A DNA stretch of 64,000 nt from an uncultured archaeon (GCA_964473825.1 CAYYQL010000001.1:224001-288000), one strand, 5' to 3'; positions 1 to 10,322 are shown, counted from the stretch's first letter. Made by a program: numbers and translations. Notes: generated by a model not told the origin, from the letters alone.

Positions 1-33
1 GAGTATTCAGCCATCAAGGAATGAGGTGTTCAA

Positions 34-1788
34 TTGACCAGAATCAGGGTTTTGGATGATGACCTTGTTTCTCTCATCTCTGCAGGAGAAGTCATCGAGA
101 ACCCCTCTTCAGTCGTCAAAGAACTGATAGAAAACTCACTCGATGCAAAGGCCTCTCGGATAGACATCGAGATTGAGAGAGGTGGGCTGTCAAAGATTCT
201 TGTTTCAGATAACGGAGAAGGGATGACGAAAGATGACCTTATTGTGTCCATTCTTCGACACTCGACGAGCAAAATATCCAGCAAGTCCGACATTGGTAGG
301 ATCAGAACATATGGGTTCAGAGGCGAGGCGCTTGCCAGCATATCAGCCGTTGCAGACATACAGATTCTAACTAGTGTTTCGGACAGGACCGTAGGAGCCA
401 AACTGACAGCAAGGACAGGTGAGAGACCAATCGTTACTGATGCTTCAAGACCACGAGGCACGACCGTCATTGTAGAGGACCTGTTCGCACGGGTCCCCGC
501 CAGAAAGAAACACCTTGGCAGTCCTGGACACGAAGGAATGCGAGTCAACGAGGTTGTCATGCGACATGCGGCAGTAAGGAATGATGTCGGATTCCGCCTT
601 GTGCGTGATGGCCAGACCGCAATTGAAGTGCCGCCCACTCAAGACTGGTCTGACAGGGTTTCCAACATCATGGGACAAGAAATCGGTCAGAATCTTGTTC
701 CGGTGAATCACGAGGAGCAGAAAGTAAGAATAAAGGGCTTTGTAGCGAGACCGCCAATATCCAGAGGAAACAGAAGTAGAGAGTTCTTCTATGTTTTGGG
801 TCGGCCGATTGAAGATGAATCGTTGAGTAGAGCTATCGAGGCCTCTTACTCGACTCTCTTGATGCGAGGCAGATATCCTGTGTGTGTGCTTGACATCTCC
901 TTAGAAGCAACGAATGTTGATGCTAATGTACATCCAACCAAGAAGGAAGTTCGAGTAACAGACCTCGACCAGATCGCTAAGACACTCAGAATCTCGGTCC
1001 GAAGAGTCTTACACCAAGATGAGATACCTCATTCATTGGGGATTCCCCACGGGGATAGGGACAGTGGCATCATCCCTCAAAGCACAACCTCTTCAGGTTC
1101 TACGAGGGGATTGATGAAGAATAGCCAGCCCCTAGTAGAACATCAGACACTTCTAGATCATTCCCAAATTGAGCCCAAGGACGAGGTAATGGAACTCCGT
1201 CCCCTCGGCGGCGAGTTCAGAATCATAGGACAGGCAATGAATCTGTACATCCTTCTTGAAACTGATGATGGCATTCTCGTGGTTGATCAACACGCAGCAA
1301 ATGAGCGAGTGATGTATGAGCGATTCAGAAGAGAAGTTAATGAGGGTTCGATTGGGGTTCAGGAGATGCTTGAGCCCATCGTCTTACAGCTCAGCACGAC
1401 TGACGTAGAAAGGATACTGGAGGTAGCCGACAATCTGGCAGAGATCGGATATGATATCAGCTTCTTCGGTGGAAATGAAGTGCTGATATCGGCAGTGCCT
1501 GAAATACTTGGCCGAAGTGTTTCTGAAGAGGACATGGTCGCGCTTATGGACCAAATCCTAGATATCGGAAGTGACCACGCCACTGAGCATTTCATGGATG
1601 AGCTCGTAAAGGTTACTGCATGTCACAATGCAATCCGAAGCGGACAGCCACTCAACAACGAAGAGATCAGAACACTCCTTGTTGAGCTTGCCCGTACCCA
1701 GGACAGATACAGTTGCCCGCATGGACGTCCAACTCTTTTCAAGATCACAGCTGCTGAACTGGAAAAGCGATTCAAGAGAAGAGTCTAA
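34..1788 (+). CDS. mutL: DNA mismatch repair endonuclease MutL
   Basis: GHKL ATPase motifs (ISAGEVIENPSSVVKELIENSLDA, DNGEGM, YGFRGEALASI), VDANVHPTKKEV, endonuclease motifs DQHAANERVMYE, ACH and CPHGRP. Confidence 0.96.
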   Translation: MTRIRVLDDDLVSLISAGEVIENPSSVVKELIENSLDAKASRIDIEIERGGLSKILVSDNGEGMTKDDLIVSILRHSTSKISSKSDIGRIRTYGFRGEALASISAVADIQILTSVSDRTVGAKLTARTGERPIVTDASRPRGTTVIVEDLFARVPARKKHLGSPGHEGMRVNEVVMRHAAVRNDVGFRLVRDGQTAIEVPPTQDWSDRVSNIMGQEIGQNLVPVNHEEQKVRIKGFVARPPISRGNRSREFFYVLGRPIEDESLSRAIEASYSTLLMRGRYPVCVLDISLEATNVDANVHPTKKEVRVTDLDQIAKTLRISVRRVLHQDEIPHSLGIPHGDRDSGIIPQSTTSSGSTRGLMKNSQPLVEHQTLLDHSQIEPKDEVMELRPLGGEFRIIGQAMNLYILLETDDGILVVDQHAANERVMYERFRREVNEGSIGVQEMLEPIVLQLSTTDVERILEVADNLAEIGYDISFFGGNEVLISAVPEILGRSVSEEDMVALMDQILDIGSDHATEHFMDELVKVTACHNAIRSGQPLNNEEIRTLLVELARTQDRYSCPHGRPTLFKITAAELEKRFKRRV

Positions 1789-1833
1789 AGATTCCCAGGC
1801 ACCTCTCACTCAGAATCCATTCCCCAAGGTGAT

Positions 1834-3477
1834 TCACGATTCAGGAGCGGATAGCCTGTATGCACCCACACCTGCAATGACGACTCCCAACAAGACAGCA
1901 GGTATTCCCGCTACAATCATTAGCAGATAGATATTCTCGAATACTGTGCCAACTCTTATTCCCAGTATCAGAGACCCCAACACTAGGAACATAATGATGG
2001 TCATGCTGACAAAGGTATTGACATAGAAAGCACTACTCTTGGTATCTTCATAGGCAGGATTGAGTGCCGTAATCCCTGTTGCAATCATGACGCACCCACA
2101 CATGAGCACATAGCTGTGCAGACTCATCAACAGCCCGTCGACGACTGCGAGGTCCATAAGAAATGAAACAACTGTGGTGGGAAACAGAGCCAAGGGAATG
2201 GAGATCAAGAATGCCTGTATCAACCTAGCCTTCATGTATTTCCAAGCGCCTGATGGTCCGCTCTGTATGATCCAAAGCTGGTCCTTTGATTCCAAGAAAC
2301 CGACCCCACCGAACGTGAGTCCCGCAATCAGACCGAGCATCATGCTCACCATGAAAGTTGATAGCACAATGACAAGTATCGGGTCACCAATTCCGACAGG
2401 AGACGACGCATTGAGGATTACAGGGAGGATAATGGCCAAAATCGCTCCATATGCAACTCGAGAGATATTCTGAGCCTTTCGGCTGAACTCCTTAACAGAG
2501 GTAACGGTAAGAATCCCAGATGGACCAGGCATAACGCGTCTGAGCCCTCTGAGTATGGCATTCTCTCCCTTGACCGTAACCACCTTATCGGCACCCCTCG
2601 TGGTTTCCAAGGAGAACATTGTTTCAGAGGCAGAAAACCCACCGATGACTGTTACGCATGCGAAAAGAGAGAACAGCAGAGCATAGAGAATCGGGGGTAG
2701 GACAAGGATAATGCTGTAGAGGGCGATTAGAGCAGGCGGAAGAGTTAGGCTTGTAGTGGACACAGCAATCCAACTCACAAGGTCTGCACACCATGTTGAT
2801 GGAAGAATGAGAAAGATGTCCCATCCCATTATCTCGGTGAGGGGCCCTGCGAAGTACATCAGTCCGTAGACTGGAAGCAGAAAGACTAGTGCCACTACAA
2901 TGCTGAGCGCCTTGGCCAGATCATTACCTCTGGAAGAATCGCCAAGGCGGGCCTGGATACCTACTGAGAGAAGATTCGAAACCCAGATGGTCGCAAGCAC
3001 GAAGAGAAAGACGACAGCATACATGAGGAGTTGTCCCACTAGCGTGATGGAGAAGGCACTCACAATCACTGAGAAGAAAAGGGGAGCCATGAAGAGGGCA
3101 ATGAGAAAGTACACTGGAATCTTCCCAACAAACATCCCGAGAAGCATATCACGCGTTCGAATATTGCTGCTGAGCATGATCTCCCATTGGCCAATCTTGA
3201 TCTCCTGAAGTGAATATGAGAGTGGATAAAGTAGAATCATCAACCAGAGTATGAGCATGAGTGTTCGCATAATTCCCGGTAGCCCTGCCTGAATCAGCGC
3301 ATTTGGGTCAACCTCAAGCATCCAGAAGAAAGCAGAGAGGACTTCAGGCGCAAGAAGCAATGCCCAAGCGATGGCAAAGGCATAGATTCCTGCAAGAGCA
3401 ACAATCCGATTTCTTCGGAAGGTGGATGTTGAAACACGAAACTCGGCTTTTGCGATTGCCCACCAACCACGTGCCAA
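1834..3477 (-). CDS. ABC-2-type exporter permease (about 14 TM, two halves)
   Basis: Strongly hydrophobic and directly downstream of the ABC ATPase gene. Confidence 0.8.
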   Translation of the reverse strand: MARGWWAIAKAEFRVSTSTFRRNRIVALAGIYAFAIAWALLLAPEVLSAFFWMLEVDPNALIQAGLPGIMRTLMLILWLMILLYPLSYSLQEIKIGQWEIMLSSNIRTRDMLLGMFVGKIPVYFLIALFMAPLFFSVIVSAFSITLVGQLLMYAVVFLFVLATIWVSNLLSVGIQARLGDSSRGNDLAKALSIVVALVFLLPVYGLMYFAGPLTEIMGWDIFLILPSTWCADLVSWIAVSTTSLTLPPALIALYSIILVLPPILYALLFSLFACVTVIGGFSASETMFSLETTRGADKVVTVKGENAILRGLRRVMPGPSGILTVTSVKEFSRKAQNISRVAYGAILAIILPVILNASSPVGIGDPILVIVLSTFMVSMMLGLIAGLTFGGVGFLESKDQLWIIQSGPSGAWKYMKARLIQAFLISIPLALFPTTVVSFLMDLAVVDGLLMSLHSYVLMCGCVMIATGITALNPAYEDTKSSAFYVNTFVSMTIIMFLVLGSLILGIRVGTVFENIYLLMIVAGIPAVLLGVVIAGVGAYRLSAPES

Positions 3478-3480
3478 GAG

Positions 3481-4254
3481 CTATTCCCTCCAGCTGAGCA
3501 GTTCCTCTCGGTCGATCTTTCCTCCAACAATCTTGAGATATGCATTTTCAAGATCTTCAGAATCCGTACGATTGATGATATCTTGTGGGGGTCCATGTTC
3601 AACGAGCTCACCCTCAACCAGTATTCCAATGACATCACATACATCCTCAGCGAAATCCGTGAGATGTGTGCAGATGAAGAAGGTTGTATTCGTCTCCTCA
3701 GCGAGGGCGTTGATAATCTCCTTCACAAGAGCACTCGCTGCCGGATCAAGGCGGGCGGTAGGCTCATCAAGAAAGACAAGTCGTGGTTCGTGGATCAGCG
3801 TCGAGGCCACCAGTACTTTCTGTTTCATTCCGGAGCTATAGCTCTCCAACAGGTCGTTCTGACGCTCAGTCAAATCCAGAAGCTTGAGTAGCCTGTTGAT
3901 TCTGCGTGCGAGTGCTTCGCCGCTCAGATCATACAGTCCTCCAATGAACTCTAGGAACTCATAGGCAGAGAGCTTTGAGTATAGGCCTGGTGCCTCAGGG
4001 AGGAGCCCGGTGGTCGCCTTGATTTGGTTTCTTTGGTTAGATATGTCGAAACCGCACACCGTTGCACTGCCTTCAGTGGGACGAAGTAGGCCTGAAAGCA
4101 TCCGTACGGTCGTTGTCTTCCCTGCACCGTTAGGCCCCAGATAACCGAATGTTGTTCCCCGTTCCACGTTGAGATTCAGAGGTTTCACAGCTTGAATGTG
4201 ACCAAAACTCTTCCTGAGGTCTCTTGTGCTTATCTCCACTCTATGCTCGGTCAT
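3481..4254 (-). CDS. ABC transporter ATP-binding subunit
   Basis: Walker A GPNGAGKTT, signature YSSGMKQK, Walker B VFLDEPT; start moved to ATG 4254 (MTEHRVEI). Confidence 0.95.
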   Translation of the reverse strand: MTEHRVEISTRDLRKSFGHIQAVKPLNLNVERGTTFGYLGPNGAGKTTTVRMLSGLLRPTEGSATVCGFDISNQRNQIKATTGLLPEAPGLYSKLSAYEFLEFIGGLYDLSGEALARRINRLLKLLDLTERQNDLLESYSSGMKQKVLVASTLIHEPRLVFLDEPTARLDPAASALVKEIINALAEETNTTFFICTHLTDFAEDVCDVIGILVEGELVEHGPPQDIINRTDSEDLENAYLKIVGGKIDREELLSWRE

Positions 4255-4401
4255 CAGACAAAACCCATTCCACCGCTCACACATTAGCCAAAAAAAGCAT
4301 CCGATGGACGCTGGAAGTCACAGATATGAAAGACCTGAAGAGTCCGAAAACAGTCAATACAGGAGGGAAGAGTGTCATGTGCTTCAATGGGCTGGAGCGT
4401 T

Positions 4402-5190
4402 TCACTTCCTATCGTGAAGCCCCAATATCGCGGCTCCGAGGGCTCCGGTCAGTTGGGGTTCTTTGGGGACCCAGATCGAAGCATCGAGTTCAGTTGAAAG
4501 GTAATGGACAAAAGCGGGATTCAACGCGACGCCACCGGTCAGAGCGAAAGACCCGGTGCTTCGGACTCGTCTTGACAATGAGGCAATCTTTGAAGCCATT
4601 GACGCATGAATACCGGCCGCTATGTCTTCGACTTTTTTGCCAGCCCCGATACGACCCACAACTTCACTCTCAGCGAAGACAGTACACGTGTTGCTTATGT
4701 CACAAGGATTCTCCGATTTGAGGGCCAACTGCCCGAATTCGCTCAGGGATATCTCCAGAACTCTAGCCATGACTTCGAGGAATCTACCGGTCCCAGCACT
4801 GCACTTGTCATTCAGCTCGAAATCCTCCGGTCGCCCATGTGCACCGATCCGGATAACCTTCGAGTCTTGTCCACCAACGTCGATGAGAAGGCGGATGTCG
4901 GGGTTTAGATGGTTTACTCCAACACTGTGACAGGTTATCTCGGTGATGTTTCTGTCAACCGATTCGATGAGAGAACGCCCGTATCCCGTGCTTACTGTCA
5001 CAGTGCTGTTCAAATCGACGGCCGCCTCACGCGATACCGCATCAAGACATCTCTCCGCAGCCACGACTGCAGAAGCCCCCGTGGGCAAGAGATGGCTTCC
5101 TAGGATACAGCAATCATTGTCAATCAACACAGCCTTCGTACTAGTTGAGCCTATGTCTAGTCCAATTCCGTACTCCATCTCTCCAGTCAC
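4402..5190 (-). CDS. ASKHA [4Fe-4S] CoA-substrate-specific enzyme activase (HgdC/HadI/BcrA-D family)
   Basis: GLDIGSTSTK, STGYGR, DVGGQDSK, NDKCSAGTGRFLE, CTVFAESEV. Confidence 0.93.
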   Translation of the reverse strand: MTGEMEYGIGLDIGSTSTKAVLIDNDCCILGSHLLPTGASAVVAAERCLDAVSREAAVDLNSTVTVSTGYGRSLIESVDRNITEITCHSVGVNHLNPDIRLLIDVGGQDSKVIRIGAHGRPEDFELNDKCSAGTGRFLEVMARVLEISLSEFGQLALKSENPCDISNTCTVFAESEVVGRIGAGKKVEDIAAGIHASMASKIASLSRRVRSTGSFALTGGVALNPAFVHYLSTELDASIWVPKEPQLTGALGAAILGLHDRK

Positions 5191-5202
5191 TCTCTCAGCT
5201 CC

Positions 5203-6414
5203 TCACATCAGCATCTCAAGCAACGCGTCAATCCGTGTCTGAACCTGTGCCTCGTTGAAAAGGCGGCTATCAACCATGTCGCCCTCGATGACCACACCCG
5301 GTACCCCGGTCCTCTCAGTAACAAGTTCCTTGGAAACCAGCTGCCCTAGTGAGTATCGCTTACACGACCTCACTGAGAATAATACAAAACCATCCAGGTC
5401 GTAGCCTTTGATGAGCTCACACATCTTGTCCACTTTCGCATCGAGTCCCTTGTTCAAGTATACGTTGCTGTATATCGTCGCGACGCTCTCAAAGAGGTCA
5501 TCTCCTGAGATCGACCCGGACCAGGCATGAGTATATGTATCAGCCGGGAAGACGACACCCCTCTTAGCCAGTCCGTTGAAGAATCTGAATATGTTGAACC
5601 ATGGAGGAATATTGTCCCACAACAAGCGAATCCGTTCATCTCTTATCGCCCCTATACCCTCTCGGACCCGGATGTTAACCTCATCCAGAAGCGCCTGGTA
5701 GTATTCGAGTATATGTTCTGTCCCTCTCATGGAAACCACGGGGGCCATCGCCAAGAAACGGTCTGCACAGTTCAGAGGACTTGGGCTGTTCTTACAGGCC
5801 TTCAGAGACTGGGTCCAGAGCGAAATAGCCCGAGTTGACAGCTCGGCAACTCTGCGAAGCCGACCCTCCTCGAGTTCTGTTCCGAAGTGCTCGGTCAAGA
5901 AATCAATTAGCCTGTGAATCCCGCTCTTGACGTACCGCATGTGATGAGAACTCTGACCTTCATCAAGAGGGGGTGTGTCGAGAAGGAAGACGGGAGCATC
6001 TGTGAGCTCTGACACTGCATCATACCATCGGAGAACGGTTCCACAGATGTTGTTGCATGCGAGAAGAACCTGTGGCAAGGGCAGCCCATTGAGAGGGCTG
6101 GCATCAGGGTGTACTACGGACCCTATACCTGAACGGGCATACGAGCAGAGTTCCTGAGAATAGCCCAGTTCTTCCGCGAATCCGCAGACAGTCGGTCCTA
6201 CCTTCTCGGAACCCACCACCGCTGTGTACTGCTCAGGATAGCTGGACGTGATACCCATTGCCTGTGGAATCTCAACCGGAAAGCCCGATGTTACCCACGC
6301 AAGCTTTCTCTCCTCGCTGGCGGTGTGACCCTCTAGCATATAGCGAAACATGACGTGTTGCAGCATGCTCTGGCTCTCCAGAGGGCGATAGGCCTTCTCT
6401 TTCTCTTCCTTCAG
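5203..6414 (-). CDS. 2-hydroxyacyl-CoA dehydratase / benzoyl-CoA reductase B-type subunit
   Basis: GYSQELCSYAR, CNNICGT, SVRSCKRYSLGQ, IEGDMVDSRLF..QTRIDA. Start proposed at CTG 6414, 6 nt after GGAGGTG; the ORF-track ATG is 6366. Confidence 0.88.
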   Translation of the reverse strand: MKEEKEKAYRPLESQSMLQHVMFRYMLEGHTASEERKLAWVTSGFPVEIPQAMGITSSYPEQYTAVVGSEKVGPTVCGFAEELGYSQELCSYARSGIGSVVHPDASPLNGLPLPQVLLACNNICGTVLRWYDAVSELTDAPVFLLDTPPLDEGQSSHHMRYVKSGIHRLIDFLTEHFGTELEEGRLRRVAELSTRAISLWTQSLKACKNSPSPLNCADRFLAMAPVVSMRGTEHILEYYQALLDEVNIRVREGIGAIRDERIRLLWDNIPPWFNIFRFFNGLAKRGVVFPADTYTHAWSGSISGDDLFESVATIYSNVYLNKGLDAKVDKMCELIKGYDLDGFVLFSVRSCKRYSLGQLVSKELVTERTGVPGVVIEGDMVDSRLFNEAQVQTRIDALLEMLM

Positions 6415-6417
6415 AGC

Positions 6418-7632
6418 TCACACCTCCAGATTAACGCTCTCAAGGAACGTCTGTATCCGGGTTTCGATTTTTGCCCGACCCGAGAGTTCAGGGTCTATCG
6501 GAATCCTGACAACAGGAATGTCAGCACCTTTCCCAATTCTAGCCAGAGACGGGCCTTCGAACTCATCAGGGTCACAGAAGGACTGCTCATAGACAATCAA
6601 TCCATCAGCGGATAGATTCATCAAGACCTCCTCTAGAAACCGCTTTCTCTGAGGAAGCCCTTCTTGCGTAGGCTCAACGGGGGCACTAAGAATTGACTCA
6701 GCAATTCGGAGGAATGGATCTCCTCCGCTTGCCGGAGGCGGAGTGAAGACTGTCTTGTAACCGTAGGAGAGCATATCCAATATGATGTCTGCACCCGCCA
6801 ATTCATTCAACTCATCAGTCAGATTTGCGAGGACTTGGGGTTCAATCATTCCTCCAACAACTACGATTCTCTTCACTGAGTGGTCTAGTTCAGAATTGAA
6901 ATCATGGGGAAAGCCACCAATCAGGGCCTCATGGATCGACCGAACCATTTCACTAGCGCCCATCTCAGATACCTCATTCTGGACTGCATTGGTCACATCC
7001 TCTGTCGATGCCATGGTCTCTTCAGAAGGAGCGGTGAGGAAGTCACCAATCAGAGTTGCAAGCATTGAATAACTGAGCAAGCGTGGACTGAAGACCCGTG
7101 CTGCATAGAGATATTGTAGTGCCTTCCTGTAGGCGGTGACAAGCCGAGAAGCTGCATCAAGTCGGTCGTGAAGCAGTGGAATATCAAACGACTCCTGAAG
7201 CCACTTACTCAGCTGTCGCAGTTCTTCTGCGAAGTACTCCACGGCGGCATCATTCAGTGTGGCCACAGGATATGTCAGTCTGAAGACCCGATCTTCAGGA
7301 AAACTGTGTCGCCAGACATCACCCAGATTCTGAAGGGAGTCACAGGTATTTCCGGGAAACACAATCCCATCGACAAGAAGCCTATCACCCTTACGCTGAG
7401 CAATAAGATTCCTTGTCAGAGAGCAAGCAAAGGTCTGCAGACTATCTTCGAATCCACCCCTCTGTTTGGACTCGGCTCGAATGAGTAGAGGTGTCACACC
7501 ATGCGCCAGGAAGATCTCAACAGGGATGTGCGGGTAGATGTATCCGACAACCCGATTGTCGGGTTCTATCATCTCACGGACGAGCTGTGTGGAGCTCTCT
7601 AGGAGATCTGTGCGAGTCAGTTGACACACCAT
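6418..7632 (-). CDS. 2-hydroxyacyl-CoA dehydratase / benzoyl-CoA reductase C-type subunit
   Basis: LQTFACSLTR, NTCDSLQNL, QSFCDPDEFE, ETRIQTFLE. Confidence 0.88.
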   Translation of the reverse strand: MVCQLTRTDLLESSTQLVREMIEPDNRVVGYIYPHIPVEIFLAHGVTPLLIRAESKQRGGFEDSLQTFACSLTRNLIAQRKGDRLLVDGIVFPGNTCDSLQNLGDVWRHSFPEDRVFRLTYPVATLNDAAVEYFAEELRQLSKWLQESFDIPLLHDRLDAASRLVTAYRKALQYLYAARVFSPRLLSYSMLATLIGDFLTAPSEETMASTEDVTNAVQNEVSEMGASEMVRSIHEALIGGFPHDFNSELDHSVKRIVVVGGMIEPQVLANLTDELNELAGADIILDMLSYGYKTVFTPPPASGGDPFLRIAESILSAPVEPTQEGLPQRKRFLEEVLMNLSADGLIVYEQSFCDPDEFEGPSLARIGKGADIPVVRIPIDPELSGRAKIETRIQTFLESVNLEV

Positions 7633-7836
7633 CCTCTTGCCGGAACGGCTAGTAGAGATGTGAACGCTTGGCGTCTTATTTCTTGTGCAAGGTGTCTATG
7701 GTTTCGTATCTGATCGACTCGTGTACAAAAACTACGGTAGAAGGACATATGAGGCACGAAGTAGTATGTAGAAACCAATCTATGCGTTGATTCGCTTAGA
7801 TAATGAAACCAAGAGAAGAGAAAGCAAAACGGAGAG

Positions 7837-9594
7837 ATGAATATGGAGGAATATTTGTGGCACAAGCATAAGTGGCCGAAAGATGCCCCGAAGACGATCG
7901 ACTATCCGAAGGAACCCCTCTTTGCAATGCTAGATAGAACGGCTGAAGCAAGAGAGGAACACCCATTCACAGTATGGGAGGGTGTCTCAAAGTCATTTGG
8001 CGAGGTGCGAGATAGCGCGAATAAGATTGCAAACTTCCTGGCTAAGAGAGGAATTGGTCCAGGGGATAGAGTTGCGATCTTCTTACCGAATCTACCACAG
8101 TATCCAGCGGTGTTCTTTGGTATCCTGAAGACTGGAGCTACCTGTGTGACGTGTAATCCCATGTACAAAGCAGGTGAGTTGAACTACCAGTTGAAAGACA
8201 GCGGTGCGAGTGCAGTGTTTGTAATGGATCATCAGAATTTTACTCCCACGTGCTATGAGGCGGTGAAGGGCACAGACGTGGGTACAGTGGTTGTGTGTAG
8301 TGTCAAGAGCTTCTTGCCCAAAGTGAAGGCAATACTGGGAGGACTGCTTGGAAAGATACCCAAGAGCCCCTACTATGAAGAAGACAAGACTGTCATGTAT
8401 GATGACATTATGAGAGAATATGAGCCAACACCGCCTGATGTAGAGGTGGACCCTGAGAGTATAGCCCTCATTCTTTATACTGGTGGAACAACGGGCACGC
8501 CCAAGGGGGCATCACTCAGTCATATGAATATGGTCTCAAATGTGCATCAGGTCTACGAGTTTGTCAACCTCTCGCCTGATGACATTGACGCGCCGAGGAA
8601 GATAGTCTACGGAGGAGAGTCCTTTGTAGGAGCATTGCCATGGTACCACAGCTACGGTTTGACACTCACAATGCTGATGGCAACACAGTATGCAGGGCAA
8701 CTGATATGCATCCCCGACCCTCGAGCAGGGGACCCACCGTTATCAGCGATGCTTGAGGATATTGAGAAATACCGTGGATCAATACTGAACTGTGTGCCCG
8801 CTCTATACGCAGGTATCGTAAACCATCCTCGCGTCACAAAATATGATCTGAGTTCCATCAAGGTATGCAGTTCAGGTGCTGCTCCCTTGCCACCCGAACT
8901 GGCCAAGAACTTCGAAGAGGTGACTGGCGGTATCATCTTCGAGGGCTACGGACTCAGCGAGACTTCACCGGTCACACATGTCAATCCTACCAACAGGAGA
9001 GACCGCAAGTTTGGCTCCATCGGACTACCAGTTGCAGACACAATAGCCAAGATAGTGGATATAGAGACAGGCACACGGGAATTACCAGTTGGTGAAACAG
9101 GAGAGATTGCCATATACGGACCACAGGTCATGGCCGGTGGATACTGGCAGAAACCTGATGAGACCGCTAACGTCATGCGCGAGATAGAGGGAAAGAAGTT
9201 CTTCCTGACTGGCGACATCGGTCATATGGACGAAGAGGGATTCTTTGTGGTGAGTGACAGGAAGAAGGACATGGTCAATGTAGGCGGGCTCAAGGCGTAT
9301 CCAAGGGAGATAGAGGACTACTTCTACGAGCATCCCAAGGTTGCCATGGCGGCTGCAATTGGCGTGCCACGAGAAGATGATCCTAGCAACGAGTTTGTGA
9401 AGGCATTTGTCGTCCTGAAGGACGGCGTTGAGGCTACTCCTGAGGAGTTCATAGAATGGGCCCGGGATAAGATGGCCGGATACAAACGGCCCAAGGAGGT
9501 CGATATCGTCGATGAGCTTCCATTAAGTCAAGTGGGCAAGGTACTCCGCCGAGAACTGCGGAACCGGGAGCTGGAGAAGAGAGGTATGGCATAG
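7837..9594 (+). CDS. Long-chain acyl-CoA ligase (AMP-forming, FadD-like)
   Basis: YTGGTTGTPKG, EGYGLSETSP, TGDIG, DRKKDM, GKVLRR. Confidence 0.93.
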   Translation: MNMEEYLWHKHKWPKDAPKTIDYPKEPLFAMLDRTAEAREEHPFTVWEGVSKSFGEVRDSANKIANFLAKRGIGPGDRVAIFLPNLPQYPAVFFGILKTGATCVTCNPMYKAGELNYQLKDSGASAVFVMDHQNFTPTCYEAVKGTDVGTVVVCSVKSFLPKVKAILGGLLGKIPKSPYYEEDKTVMYDDIMREYEPTPPDVEVDPESIALILYTGGTTGTPKGASLSHMNMVSNVHQVYEFVNLSPDDIDAPRKIVYGGESFVGALPWYHSYGLTLTMLMATQYAGQLICIPDPRAGDPPLSAMLEDIEKYRGSILNCVPALYAGIVNHPRVTKYDLSSIKVCSSGAAPLPPELAKNFEEVTGGIIFEGYGLSETSPVTHVNPTNRRDRKFGSIGLPVADTIAKIVDIETGTRELPVGETGEIAIYGPQVMAGGYWQKPDETANVMREIEGKKFFLTGDIGHMDEEGFFVVSDRKKDMVNVGGLKAYPREIEDYFYEHPKVAMAAAIGVPREDDPSNEFVKAFVVLKDGVEATPEEFIEWARDKMAGYKRPKEVDIVDELPLSQVGKVLRRELRNRELEKRGMA

Positions 9595-9829
9595 TCAGCA
9601 GCATAGTATCACGATAACATGCATCTCCTGAGCAAGGCCCTTTTTCAAGAGCTGAGCTCATCTCTCCGACTGTGCCGAGCCTCGACTATTCGGGACAGAG
9701 AGTGCGTGATAGCCGACAACATAAAAGTCGAAATAGCAAGACAAAAGCGAAGACTTTTACTAGAATTTGTGTATATAATATGAGGTAGTTTGAGAGCCGC
9801 TGGCCGATATGACCAGAAACTCAAGTTGA

Positions 9830-10240
9830 GTGAACAAGATGAGCACGACTTGGTTCATAGCCAAGGAATATCTGAAGAGGCTGGACATCAACTTCGAAGA
9901 GCGAGGGCGAAAGACCTTCAGCCTCTTTCCGCATGGCCCAACAAAGACCGAGGAGATAGAGGTCTTTCCTGGCACGAAATGGATAACACTCACAACTAGG
10001 CTCTTTTGTGTGTCTGAAGTGCCTTCGAAAGACCAAGGGTCCGTGTTCGAACTGCTTTTGAAAACCAACGCGAAGCTGGTCGGTGTGAACTTCGGTTTGG
10101 ACAAGAAGGGCTACATCACAATACGTAACGCTATTCCAGTCACAGGAATCTCGTACGACGCATTTGGTGCTACGTACGAATCGCATCTCAATGGTATCGA
10201 GTTCTTCCACGAGAACCTAAGACCCAAGATAGAAACCTAG
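9830..10240 (+). CDS. YbjN / T3SS-chaperone-like fold protein
   Basis: 136 aa; pattern FELLLKTNAKLVGVNFGLDKKG is typical of the family. Confidence 0.6.
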   Translation: MNKMSTTWFIAKEYLKRLDINFEERGRKTFSLFPHGPTKTEEIEVFPGTKWITLTTRLFCVSEVPSKDQGSVFELLLKTNAKLVGVNFGLDKKGYITIRNAIPVTGISYDAFGATYESHLNGIEFFHENLRPKIET

Positions 10241-10281
10241 CTGAACTATCCATTGACTTGCTCAACAAAACAGATTCTGAG

Positions 10282-10315
10282 AAAAAAGGTATGAAGAGGG
10301 GATGTAGCCCCTCTT
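10282..10315 (-). terminator. Hairpin plus U-tract terminator of the giant surface-protein gene
   Basis: AAGAGGGG-N6-CCCCTCTT at 10294-10315, followed by T6 on the minus strand. Confidence 0.65.
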
Positions 10316-10322
10316 TCTAGTG

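Noticed and set aside
4224-4721. 165-aa plus-strand ORF bridging the ABC ATPase and activase genes
   Set aside because: Overlaps two well-supported minus-strand genes and has no recognisable motifs.
6418-6420. TGA read as selenocysteine joining the two dehydratase subunits
   Set aside because: It falls at the natural C-terminus (after TRIQTFLE), not at a Cys-equivalent site. No SECIS was recognised, and an SD plus CTG start explains the frame.
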